Both the position numbers and the translations under genes were made by a program. Shown piece after piece: positions 43,423 through 51,445 of a DNA stretch of 64,000 nucleotides. The notes under the pieces are model-generated. The model saw only the letters and a program-made list of their open reading frames with translations. It ran no database searches and had not been told where the DNA came from. Source of the stretch: Escherichia phage kaaroe; the sequence record MN850574.1, one strand, 5' to 3'. The first letter of the stretch is position 1; every line of letters starts with the position of its first letter.

Positions 43423-43929
43423 ATGTTGTCACAAACTTACATGCAGATCGCTTATCTAATCGCAAAGAACTCTAAATGCGTTTCGTGGAAGGTAGGCGCA
43501 CTGATCGAAAAAGACGGGCGAATCATTTCTACTGGATTTAATGGCACTCCAGCAGGGCAAGTAAATTGTAGCTGTCATGCACATAAAAGCGGTTGGCTGG
43601 ATGATGACGGAAAAATGATCCCAGAAAAACGACCAGAACATAGTGCATGGTCACAGAAAAACGAGATCCATGCTGAATTAAATGCTATTTTGTTTGCTGC
43701 CCGTAGCGGTGTATCGATTGAAGGCGCTAGTATGTGGTGTACTGCTTCACCGTGTCCAGATTGCGCTAAAGCAATTGCAAACAGTGGTATTAAACATCTA
43801 TACTATTGCGACACATATGATCGAAATGGTGGGCGTGATTGGGCTGATATTTTGGATAAAGCCGACATTACGGTTACTCGTATTCCAAAAGCATTATTGT
43901 CTGATTTGAAGGTTATTGATAATGACTGA
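43423..43929 (+). CDS. cd: dCMP deaminase
   Basis: 168 aa; zinc motifs HAELNA and PCPDCA; similarity to T4 Cd. Confidence 0.9.
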   Translation: MLSQTYMQIAYLIAKNSKCVSWKVGALIEKDGRIISTGFNGTPAGQVNCSCHAHKSGWLDDDGKMIPEKRPEHSAWSQKNEIHAELNAILFAARSGVSIEGASMWCTASPCPDCAKAIANSGIKHLYYCDTYDRNGGRDWADILDKADITVTRIPKALLSDLKVIDND

Positions 43930-44236
43930 ACAAGTTGATAATATCGCACTTCGTGAAGCACTAAAGAAAATGTTTTCGGTCGGTACTCACTCTTTGCAGT
44001 TTACTAAGAAAGATGGTACTGTCCGTGAGATGATCGCCACGCGAGATCCGGCACTGATGCCTTTCGAAACATACGAAAAGTGGTTAGTTCCTAATGTTGA
44101 AAAACCGCGTAAAGAATCAGAAACATCTTTGCCAGTATATGAAATTGCAGTTGAAGGTTTCCGTAGTTTTGGGCTTGATAGTCTGATTAATGTAGACGGG
44201 CTGACTCCAGCGCAGATCGTCGAAATTTATAAATAA
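43922..44236 (+). CDS. hypothetical protein (104 aa)
   Basis: Internal ATG of track ORF; overlaps cd stop. Confidence 0.5.
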   Translation: MTEQVDNIALREALKKMFSVGTHSLQFTKKDGTVREMIATRDPALMPFETYEKWLVPNVEKPRKESETSLPVYEIAVEGFRSFGLDSLINVDGLTPAQIVEIYK

Positions 44237-44277
44237 TTCATCATTAAACTGTATTGATTTGAAGAGGTAATAAAATT

Positions 44278-44601
44278 ATGACCGTTAAAACTCCTAAAGC
44301 ACTTGGTGACTATGTGATCATTGAAGCTAAAGCAGAAAGCGCAGGGACAGAAGTAAAAAGCTCTATGGGGATCATTATTGAGCAAAAGCGCACTATGGGC
44401 GAGATTCCGCTGGTAGGTAAGATTATTGATATCGGTGAAACGGTAGATAAAGAATTGCTGGGTAAAACTGTTTTACTGCCACATGGCAAGATGAATAAAG
44501 TTCCTCATCCAGACGTTATTAACGGCGTTAAGAAGGAAGAAGAGATCGACCTGAAATGGACTGTAACGCACAAACAGAATATTGTGGTAGTTTACGGTTA
44601 A
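44278..44601 (+). CDS. 31: GroES-like co-chaperonin for capsid assembly
   Basis: 107 aa; GroES-like (LGDYVIIEA..., mobile-loop-like region); between cd and ligase as in T4. Confidence 0.75.
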   Translation: MTVKTPKALGDYVIIEAKAESAGTEVKSSMGIIIEQKRTMGEIPLVGKIIDIGETVDKELLGKTVLLPHGKMNKVPHPDVINGVKKEEEIDLKWTVTHKQNIVVVYG

Positions 44602-44612
44602 TGATTTTAAAC

Positions 44613-44639
44613 GGCGGGAAATAATCCCGCCTATATTTT
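44613..44639 (+). terminator. intrinsic terminator
   Basis: GGCGGGA / TCCCGCC stem followed by TATATTTT. Confidence 0.6.
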
Positions 44640-44684
44640 GACTATATGATTTTGTAAGTTATTGATTATTAAGGAAATTTTATT

Positions 44685-44849
44685 ATGAAAACTATGAATG
44701 TAAACATCCACGAAATCCATACCGAAGTATTCACCGAAGAAGACCAGTTTGGTGTATGGGTAAACCCTCATTCGATTACTATCGATATTCCTAATGACGA
44801 TTATGATCCGTTCTCTCTGATTAGCGAGATTAGTTTCAATGACTTCTGA
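44685..44849 (+). CDS. hypothetical small acidic protein (54 aa)
   Basis: MKTMNVNIHEIHTEVFTEEDQF...; AAGGAAA SD; 3' end overlaps next start. Confidence 0.4.
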   Translation: MKTMNVNIHEIHTEVFTEEDQFGVWVNPHSITIDIPNDDYDPFSLISEISFNDF

Positions 44850-45318
44850 AATTGATATCTATGCGGGTGGACCTTATCCATCGGGTGAATTGAGTAATTT
44901 CAATAAAAGACCATTCCGTCTATTTGGTTGCGATATTAACAGCACAGAAGGATTTTTACAGGGGCTAAGATTTAAGAACCCTCAGAGACAAAGAGAAATC
45001 TTTTTGATGCACGGTGGCAAAGCAAAAAGAACCGGAAGAACTGAAAAGATTGAGAATCACATGTTATATTTTCAGGGTCGCCAGATTCATCGAATGAGTG
45101 AGCATTATTACAGACTGGTACATCTGGCATTTGTTACGATGGCACGGAATAACCCAGAATTTTGTAAAGCATTACTCTCTACCGGAAATAAGAAATTACG
45201 TCATAGCATAGGTGGAACTGATCCGTTAAAGACTATATTGACTGAATCGGAATTTTGTAGTATCCTCAATGATATTCGTGAACGTTTAACAAAACGAGGT
45301 GAAAATGTCAATTCTTAA
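44839..45318 (+). CDS. NADAR-like (YbiA/DUF1768 family) protein
   Basis: 159 aa; SNF...PF...G....S.E...Q..RF..........AK.TGR pattern. Confidence 0.55.
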   Translation: MTSEIDIYAGGPYPSGELSNFNKRPFRLFGCDINSTEGFLQGLRFKNPQRQREIFLMHGGKAKRTGRTEKIENHMLYFQGRQIHRMSEHYYRLVHLAFVTMARNNPEFCKALLSTGNKKLRHSIGGTDPLKTILTESEFCSILNDIRERLTKRGENVNS

Positions 45319-46801
45319 TATCATTAATCAGCTTGCAGCAACAGACAAAACATCGCTGAAAGAAAAGATTCTGAAAGAATCCGCGAGCAATGAAACGCTG
45401 AAAGAATGCTTTTATCTGGCATATTGCAAACAGGTTACGTTTGGCGTAAAGAAATACGATAAACCGTCTCGCTATTCGTCTGTATTGTCTTTATCCGGTG
45501 CATTACAGGTCTTTAAAAATAAACTTGCCACGCGTCAAGTAACTGGTAATGCAGCATTACAGCTAGTTACCGATACTCTGACTTGCTTGTCAGAAAATGA
45601 TGCTAAAGTTGCAATGATGGTCCTGAATCGTGATCTGGAATGTGGTTGTTCCGCTACTACTGCAAACAAGGTATGGAAGAAACTGATCCCTCAGCAACCG
45701 TGCCACCTTGCATCGTCATGTTCTGATAAGACTATTGCTAATATCAAGTATCCGGCGTATGCACAACTTAAAAGCGATGGCGCTCGTGGTATGGCTGATA
45801 TTGACGGGGAAACATTAGCAATCTATACCCGCTCAGGTAATACCTATCAAGGGCTTGATGATTTGTTTGCGGTTTTAGAGCGTCTACGAGGCCGTGGAAT
45901 TGTTCTAGATGGCGAATTGGTATATATGCCTACCCTTTCGCAAACACCAGCGCAGAACTTCGTTGAAAGCGTTTATGATGGTACTCTGTCATGGATATTT
46001 GAAGAAGAGGAAATGCCATTAACGCCAGTAGCGGAAGCAGTGAAAGAATCCGTTGTTGCAGATCGTCAGACCGGAAATGGTATCCTCAACAAATCACTTA
46101 AAGGAACTATTCCAAAAGAAGAAGCCCAATGTATTGTTTACACTGTCTGGGATGTTATCGACCGTGATGTGTATTACGGAAACGAGAAAGCAACGAAGCA
46201 ATATAAAGATCGATTCGAAGAACTAAAACAGATTGTTGAAGAACTTAACGATCCTCGTGTTCAGATCATCGAAAACACTGTAGTTAACAATATCGATGAA
46301 GCTCGCGAAGTATATCATCGTTATGTCAACATGGGCTTAGAAGGTATTATCCTTAAAAATTTACATGGTGTATTTGAAGATCGCCGTAGTAAAGATCAGG
46401 TTAAATTTAAAGAAGTGATTGACTTCGACGCGGAAATTGTTGATGTATATCCGCATAGTAAAGACCCCAATAAGGTAGGCGGTTTTACTGTCCGTAGTGC
46501 GTGCGGACGAATGATGACTAACACCGGATCGGGATTAACCGACACTACAACCGAAAAAGGTGATGATGGTATCGAACGTGTAATTCCGTTCGATCGTCGA
46601 AATGAACTCGACCGAGAAATGTTATGGGCTGACCGTCATAACCTGATTGGAAAAGTCATTGAGATGACATGCAACGGGTATATCCGCAGCAAATCACGTA
46701 AAGAAGATGAACCGGAGTTCTCTTTATTTCTCCCAATCATCAAACGTATTCGCTACGACAAGACCACTGCAAATACAGTAAAAGAGGTATTCGATGTGTG
46801 A
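45305..46801 (+). CDS. 30: ATP-dependent DNA ligase
   Basis: ATG after GAGGTG SD; motif I KSDGAR; strong similarity to T4 ligase (LTGNAA, GLEGIILKN, KFKEVIDFD, DPNKVGGF). Confidence 0.92.
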   Translation: MSILNIINQLAATDKTSLKEKILKESASNETLKECFYLAYCKQVTFGVKKYDKPSRYSSVLSLSGALQVFKNKLATRQVTGNAALQLVTDTLTCLSENDAKVAMMVLNRDLECGCSATTANKVWKKLIPQQPCHLASSCSDKTIANIKYPAYAQLKSDGARGMADIDGETLAIYTRSGNTYQGLDDLFAVLERLRGRGIVLDGELVYMPTLSQTPAQNFVESVYDGTLSWIFEEEEMPLTPVAEAVKESVVADRQTGNGILNKSLKGTIPKEEAQCIVYTVWDVIDRDVYYGNEKATKQYKDRFEELKQIVEELNDPRVQIIENTVVNNIDEAREVYHRYVNMGLEGIILKNLHGVFEDRRSKDQVKFKEVIDFDAEIVDVYPHSKDPNKVGGFTVRSACGRMMTNTGSGLTDTTTEKGDDGIERVIPFDRRNELDREMLWADRHNLIGKVIEMTCNGYIRSKSRKEDEPEFSLFLPIIKRIRYDKTTANTVKEVFDV

Positions 46802-47270
46802 TAATGAAGGGGCGAAAGCCCCTAAACCTAAAAAATTGTCAAAGAAAGAGCAACGCCAGATCCTGAAAATGAAATATGGTGGACGTTGTGCCTATTGTGG
46901 CGAGGAACTAGGGGATCGCTGGCACGCGGACCACATCAAACCAGTATTGCGACGCTCAAAGGTAGTCTATGATGAAAATGGACGAATTGCCCGTAATGAT
47001 GATGGATCATGGAAATATAAGGTTGTAGGAATGCATAAACCGGAGCATGATATACTTGATAACATGAATCCGGCGTGTGTGCAATGCAATCTTTATAAAA
47101 GCTGTATGGGCTTAGAATACTGGCGTAAGTGTATACGCGAGAACTTCCAGAAGTACATTCAGCGCAATATGGGATTGCGAGCGGCTAAACGCTTTGGCTT
47201 GCTGTCAATCCACGACCAGCCAGTAGAATTTTATTTCGAAAAGTACGATCGCGAGCATCAAGAAAAATAA
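46794..47270 (+). CDS. HNH endonuclease
   Basis: 158 aa; CAYCG...HADHIKP...N...CVQCN; start overlaps ligase stop. Confidence 0.75.
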   Translation: MCDNEGAKAPKPKKLSKKEQRQILKMKYGGRCAYCGEELGDRWHADHIKPVLRRSKVVYDENGRIARNDDGSWKYKVVGMHKPEHDILDNMNPACVQCNLYKSCMGLEYWRKCIRENFQKYIQRNMGLRAAKRFGLLSIHDQPVEFYFEKYDREHQEK

Positions 47271-47283
47271 TTCAAAAAGTTGT

Positions 47284-47312
47284 TGACAGGGGATCGGTGA
47301 TCCCCTATACTA
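47284..47312 (+). promoter_or_regulatory. PeSL-like early promoter cassette
   Basis: TTGACA, GGGGATCGGTGATCCCC hairpin in spacer, TATACT; conserved leader. Confidence 0.6.
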
Positions 47313-47356
47313 CACACATCAAAACGAAACACACTTTCTTAAACGGAGAATCAAAA

Positions 47357-47668
47357 ATGAAATACATCGTAACGCTGCCAATGATTGACTTCGACGGAAC
47401 CATGAACACCCAGAAGACCATGAGCGCGGAGAACCAACTGAAAAACGCTACCCTGATTCGTGAAGTTCGCAAGGCACTGGCAAAAGAATTTAACACCAAA
47501 ATTCATTCTGTAACTGGCGAACGTTTCGCGGATCATCTTGATATCAACATCAAACCAGTGCGCAACGGTGTTATCTCTGTAACAACCAGCCGCCCACATG
47601 CTGACGCTGATAATCTGACCGCTCGCGCAGAAGATGTAATTATGACCGTTATCATGGAAAAACTTTAA
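47357..47668 (+). CDS. hypothetical protein (103 aa); paralog of 50675-50962
   Basis: ATG after GGAGAATCAAAA; shared VRKALAKEFN motif. Confidence 0.5.
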   Translation: MKYIVTLPMIDFDGTMNTQKTMSAENQLKNATLIREVRKALAKEFNTKIHSVTGERFADHLDINIKPVRNGVISVTTSRPHADADNLTARAEDVIMTVIMEKL

Positions 47669-47676
47669 AAAAGTTG

Positions 47677-47705
47677 TTGACAGGGGATCACCGATCCCCT
47701 ATACT
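47677..47705 (+). promoter_or_regulatory. PeSL-like early promoter cassette (hairpin in flipped orientation)
   Basis: TTGACA, GGGGATCACCGATCCCC, TATACT; conserved leader. Confidence 0.6.
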
Positions 47706-47739
47706 ACACACATACCGAAACGAACTAGGAGAATCAATT

Positions 47740-47919
47740 ATGAACTTCAACGAAATCATCGCTAAAATCCGCTACAACGAAGAAACCATTGAACTGATGC
47801 AAAACAATATCACCAATGGCTATATGATTGCAGCGTCACAAGAAATCATTGATTTGACGGTAGCAGAAAATGCTCAGTTGAAACATCAACTTTCAACGGC
47901 TGGCGTGATTGTTATGTAA
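47740..47919 (+). CDS. hypothetical protein (59 aa)
   Basis: ATG after AGGAGAATCAA. Confidence 0.5.
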   Translation: MNFNEIIAKIRYNEETIELMQNNITNGYMIAASQEIIDLTVAENAQLKHQLSTAGVIVM

Positions 47920-47936
47920 TAAAGAGAGGTGACTAA

Positions 47937-48239
47937 ATGGCAAAAGTTCAGGTAGGTGAGGTCTTCAAAATGGAAGACCACACCGTGGAAGAGATGAAAG
48001 GCGCAGTATTGAAAGTAATTAATTCAATGTGGCGTAGTGTGCTTTACATCAACTTTATCGACGGTGATGTGTGGTGGGCTAGCGATAGCGATAAATGGGA
48101 TATCAAGTTCTACAAAGGTCATACTCACTGGTTAGGATCAGAGGATGTTGTAGAAGTTCTTGCGGTTGATGTTATGCCAGGAGAGATCGAGAATCTTAGC
48201 GGAACAGCAAAAGAAGCATTGACACGCCATTTTGCGTAA
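47937..48239 (+). CDS. hypothetical protein (100 aa), HxHW-family paralog
   Basis: ORF track; GHTHWLGSEDVVEVLAVDV. Confidence 0.5.
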   Translation: MAKVQVGEVFKMEDHTVEEMKGAVLKVINSMWRSVLYINFIDGDVWWASDSDKWDIKFYKGHTHWLGSEDVVEVLAVDVMPGEIENLSGTAKEALTRHFA

Positions 48240-48295
48240 TGTAGTATAACAATAATCGGGAGGGTAATACTCTCCCACAAATTGAGGATAATATT

Positions 48296-48487
48296 ATGTG
48301 TGGTCTTAAAATGGTTGCTGAATATAAGCGAACTGGTAATGTTATGATGTATCGACGCAATACCAACGAAGAATGGAAACCTTCAAACCGCATTAAATCC
48401 ATCCAGACGTTTATGAATAACATAAAAGAAAACCTTTTCGTTAAGCGTGCTGGTGTTGGACATTGGGAAGTTTACGAAGCTGTATAA
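48296..48487 (+). CDS. hypothetical basic protein (63 aa)
   Basis: ORF track; GAGGATAATATTATG. Confidence 0.5.
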   Translation: MCGLKMVAEYKRTGNVMMYRRNTNEEWKPSNRIKSIQTFMNNIKENLFVKRAGVGHWEVYEAV

Positions 48488-48500
48488 TTTTGAGGAAAAT

Positions 48501-48797
48501 ACTATGGAACATACTAATTTGTTTGTAGCCGAACCTTTCGTTGAAGGCAATAAAAATCTGGCTAATACCGTTATTCTTTATGAAGATTGGATCTTTTACA
48601 TCGACGAGCATTTAGATGTATTTTGTCGCACAGATAAAAGTGACCAATTTCCAATTGAAAAAAATCGAACATCAAATCATTGGTACGGCGGGAATGACGA
48701 AACCGACCTAGCTATTGTTCTAGAATCAGGCGTAGAATCTGAACATGCCAATGAAGTGGCAGACAAATTTATGAAATACGCATATAAAGCATTATAA
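48501..48797 (+). CDS. hypothetical acidic protein (98 aa)
   Basis: Internal ATG of track ORF after GAGGAAAA SD. Confidence 0.5.
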   Translation, partial: TMEHTNLFVAEPFVEGNKNLANTVILYEDWIFYIDEHLDVFCRTDKSDQFPIEKNRTSNHWYGGNDETDLAIVLESGVESEHANEVADKFMKYAYKAL

Positions 48798-48802
48798 AGT
48801 TG

Positions 48803-48831
48803 TTGACAGGGGATCGGTGATCCCCTATAAT
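48803..48831 (+). promoter_or_regulatory. PeSL-like early promoter cassette
   Basis: TTGACA, GGGGATCGGTGATCCCC, TATAAT; conserved leader. Confidence 0.6.
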
Positions 48832-48863
48832 GCACACATACCAACGAGATAGGAGAATCAAAA

Positions 48864-49031
48864 ATGTTCCAGACTAAAGCAGAATGCGAAGCATACATTG
48901 TAGCAAACCACGGTGAAGACTACCTGAAATTCGATATCGTAGTAGCACAGAAGATCACCGGAATGGTTGCAAAATATCTGGGTGTTAAAGAAGGTTACTA
49001 TCCGAGCAACGCACCGGAAATCAACAAATAA
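48864..49031 (+). CDS. hypothetical protein (55 aa); near-identical copy at 52144-52311
   Basis: MFQTKAECEAYIVANHGEDYLKFDIVVAQK...; below track cutoff. Confidence 0.5.
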   Translation: MFQTKAECEAYIVANHGEDYLKFDIVVAQKITGMVAKYLGVKEGYYPSNAPEINK

Positions 49032-49034
49032 TAG

Positions 49035-49068
49035 TTGACAATGATTAAAGGGAGTAGTAAGATACTCA
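49035..49068 (+). promoter_or_regulatory. PeSL-like early promoter cassette (degenerate palindrome)
   Basis: TTGACA ... GGGAGTAGTAAGATACTCACA; conserved leader. Confidence 0.5.
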
Positions 49069-49095
49069 CATCAAGACAACAAACGGAGAATCAAA

Positions 49096-49275
49096 ATGAA
49101 AGCTATCGAAGTTCAGAAGTACATGGAACTCATCATTGAAGGTAAAGCACATACAGTATTGACTACCCACGTAGGATATGATAAAAATGTGCATATGCTG
49201 GTAGACAATATCGGCTGGATGAAGTTTAACCCTAACGAGAACGTACAAGCTCAAGAAATGACCATCCCTTTCTAA
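49096..49275 (+). CDS. hypothetical protein (59 aa)
   Basis: MKAIEVQKYMELIIEGKAHTV...; GGAGAATCAAA SD; below track cutoff. Confidence 0.45.
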   Translation: MKAIEVQKYMELIIEGKAHTVLTTHVGYDKNVHMLVDNIGWMKFNPNENVQAQEMTIPF

Positions 49276-49287
49276 GAGGAATATATT

Positions 49288-49566
49288 ATGATGCGAATTA
49301 CTGCAACGCTGGATAAGACACACAAAGAAAGATTTTTCGGTATGATCTTAAAAACGCCGATTTTCGATAATTACCTTTATGTTGACTATGAAGGTCACAT
49401 TAGCTATAAATGTAAAAATGATATTCGTGATTCCTTTGGTGATAAATCACAAGCTGATATTCATGACCACTGGTGGAACCATGACGAACCTTTACGAGTT
49501 ATCGCAGTTGATGTAAAAACAACAAAAGAAGCTGATAAGGTAGTGAATGATTATGAGCAAATTTAA
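49288..49566 (+). CDS. hypothetical protein (92 aa), HxHW-family paralog
   Basis: ORF track; HDHWWNHDEPLRVIAVDV. Confidence 0.5.
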   Translation: MMRITATLDKTHKERFFGMILKTPIFDNYLYVDYEGHISYKCKNDIRDSFGDKSQADIHDHWWNHDEPLRVIAVDVKTTKEADKVVNDYEQI

Positions 49567-49810
49567 AGAATACAAAGCATATCAACAGATCCTGCGAGTA
49601 TACGCACCAGAGTTCGCCGAAAAGATGATGGAAGATGCATCAAAATGCCCGTCCTTTTCTGGAAACAAAAACCATTATTCTACTCGTATTGTATCATGGA
49701 AAGAAACATGTTACACTCAACAGTGGATAAACGTTTTCTCAAAAACAATTGGTTGGAATGGTGTTAATTATGGGTATTCAGAGTCAATTCAAAGATTATC
49801 GAGTGTATAA
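49553..49810 (+). CDS. hypothetical protein (~85 aa), tandem paralog 1
   Basis: ORF track; MSKFKEYKAYQQILRVYAPEFAEKMMEDASKCPSF. Confidence 0.45.
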   Translation: MSKFKEYKAYQQILRVYAPEFAEKMMEDASKCPSFSGNKNHYSTRIVSWKETCYTQQWINVFSKTIGWNGVNYGYSESIQRLSSV

Positions 49811-49988
49811 AGAAATCTGTGCTGTATTTGATGAGAAAACAGCAGATAAAATGATGAAAGAAGCGTCACAATGTTCATCTTTTGTTGATAACAAAGATTT
49901 AAGAGTAAATGAGATCGTGTGCTGGAGCGACACGAAACATGAAATTGTATGGCGTACCGTGTACTATAGCCGCGACCGAGGATTATAA
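49770..49988 (+). CDS. hypothetical protein (72 aa), tandem paralog 2
   Basis: Internal ATG of track ORF; MGIQSQFKDYRVYKEICAVFDEKTADKMMKEASQCSSF. Confidence 0.45.
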   Translation: MGIQSQFKDYRVYKEICAVFDEKTADKMMKEASQCSSFVDNKDLRVNEIVCWSDTKHEIVWRTVYYSRDRGL

Positions 49989-49989
49989 A

Positions 49990-50310
49990 ATGAAATTAAC
50001 TAAAAAGATTTTCCCAGAATTGCGTAACTGTCTGTTACTGGTTACTGAATATAAACCTTATACGATCTATTTGTACGTTGATGAAAATCTGAAAATCCGT
50101 TACTATGATTATACGTCTCCAGTGATGAAATCATTTGCTCACTCGATCGCAAATAACTGTATGAATCACAATCATTGGGTATCAGAAACGGATGACGATG
50201 CGTCAGAAGTTGTAGTGGTTGCATGGAATCTATCACCAGCGGAAGCAGATCAAGCACGCATTAAGCATTATGCGAAAAACAATTGGTTTGACCTTATAAA
50301 TGAGGACTAA
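49990..50310 (+). CDS. hypothetical protein (106 aa), HxHW-family paralog
   Basis: Internal ATG of track ORF; HNHWVSETDDDASEVVVVAWN. Confidence 0.5.
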   Translation: MKLTKKIFPELRNCLLLVTEYKPYTIYLYVDENLKIRYYDYTSPVMKSFAHSIANNCMNHNHWVSETDDDASEVVVVAWNLSPAEADQARIKHYAKNNWFDLINED

Positions 50311-50314
50311 TATT

Positions 50315-50593
50315 ATGTTCAAAGTAGGTGATAAGTTTATTCTTAGTCGTGATATTCTCCCTAATCTGAAAGGTTGTATCATCAATCCTAGTAAAAATTC
50401 ATGGTTTTATCTGTTTATCGATGATGATCTAAATGTACGCGCCGAATATAAAGAAGGTCTTCGTACTGGTCTTGGTTTCTTTCACGATCATGACCATAGC
50501 CATTGGCTAAACGGTGGATTCGAAGCAACGGTGATAGCGGTTGATGTGGATTACACAAACATCATAGAAAAATATCAAAAAATTATTTTATAA
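50315..50593 (+). CDS. hypothetical protein (92 aa), HxHW-family paralog
   Basis: ATG after GAGGACTAATATT; HDHDHSHWLNGGFEATVIAVDV. Confidence 0.5.
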   Translation: MFKVGDKFILSRDILPNLKGCIINPSKNSWFYLFIDDDLNVRAEYKEGLRTGLGFFHDHDHSHWLNGGFEATVIAVDVDYTNIIEKYQKIIL

Positions 50594-50599
50594 AAAGTG

Positions 50600-50634
50600 T
50601 TGACATAAGATCGGGTGTATAGCATAATACACCC
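50600..50634 (+). promoter_or_regulatory. PeSL-like early promoter cassette
   Basis: TTGACA; GGGTGTATAGCATAATACACCC palindrome with CATAAT; conserved leader. Confidence 0.6.
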
Positions 50635-50674
50635 ATCGAAACGAGATACACTTTCTAACTAGGAGAATCAAATT

Positions 50675-50962
50675 ATGGCATACATTACTATCACTCTGAA
50701 AGTTAACAAATTTGCTCACGCTGCACACGAAACCGATAATGCAATCCGTAACAACAAGTTCGCACGTCTGGTACGCGATGCAGTAGCTAAAGAGTTCAAC
50801 TTCAAATTTGCAGATGGTAAAGTTATCACTAAATGGACTCATGACGGCGAAACTAAAGTAGAACTTGCTGACAACTTCGCAAATCAGGAATATGCACACC
50901 GTCGCATTAATGAAATCATCAGCGATGAACTCTACTACGGTGTACAGGAAGGACTGTTTTAA
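50675..50962 (+). CDS. hypothetical protein (95 aa); paralog of 47357-47668
   Basis: ORF track; LVRDAVAKEFNFK. Confidence 0.5.
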   Translation: MAYITITLKVNKFAHAAHETDNAIRNNKFARLVRDAVAKEFNFKFADGKVITKWTHDGETKVELADNFANQEYAHRRINEIISDELYYGVQEGLF

Positions 50963-50966
50963 TATA

Positions 50967-50987
50967 CGGGGCGTTAAGCCCCCTTTT
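50967..50987 (+). terminator. intrinsic terminator
   Basis: GGGGC-GTTAA-GCCCC followed by CTTTTC. Confidence 0.5.
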
Positions 50988-51011
50988 CATCCAACTATTG
51001 AGGATAATACT

Positions 51012-51320
51012 ATGAAAGATAATATCTTTGAATTTACCCGCGAAAATCTCCCAATGTTCCGAAAGTCTCTGCTTAAACTAGAGAACAGCAATTACGATGT
51101 ATATTTTTACATCACCGAAGATCTAGAGATCCTTTACGCTGATTACCCAGGTCCGATCCGTACCTTCGAAGAAGCATCGCAGTATAAAAATGTTCACGGT
51201 CATGAGCACTGGTTACGAGAAAACCCAGGTCGCAAGAAAGCACGCGTTAAAGTGATTGCGATTGACGTAACACCAGCATACGCCGACCGGATTGCACTGA
51301 ATGATTATTTGTCTAAATGA
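51012..51320 (+). CDS. hypothetical protein (102 aa), HxHW-family paralog
   Basis: ATG after GAGGATAATACT; HGHEHWLRENPGRKKARVKVIAIDV. Confidence 0.5.
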   Translation: MKDNIFEFTRENLPMFRKSLLKLENSNYDVYFYITEDLEILYADYPGPIRTFEEASQYKNVHGHEHWLRENPGRKKARVKVIAIDVTPAYADRIALNDYLSK

Positions 51321-51327
51321 TTTTATT

Positions 51328-51353
51328 AGCCGACCTTAGCGTCGGCTTTTTTA
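51328..51353 (+). terminator. intrinsic terminator
   Basis: AGCCGAC / GTCGGCT stem followed by TTTTTTATT. Confidence 0.65.
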
Positions 51354-51376
51354 TTGCATAAAATTAAAAAAAAGAA

Positions 51377-51410
51377 TTGACACCAGATCACGCCTATAGC
51401 ATAATACACC
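51377..51410 (+). promoter_or_regulatory. PeSL-like early promoter cassette
   Basis: TTGACA ... CATAATACACCC; conserved leader. Confidence 0.55.
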
Positions 51411-51445
51411 CATCGAAACGAGATACCACTTAGGAGAATCAAACA

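Noticed and set aside
47291-47307. GC-rich hairpins as possible tRNA or small RNA genes
   Set aside because: Stems are only 6-8 bp with 3-5 nt loops, far too short for a tRNA cloverleaf; no acceptor/anticodon architecture. The T4 tRNA cluster lies outside this map region.
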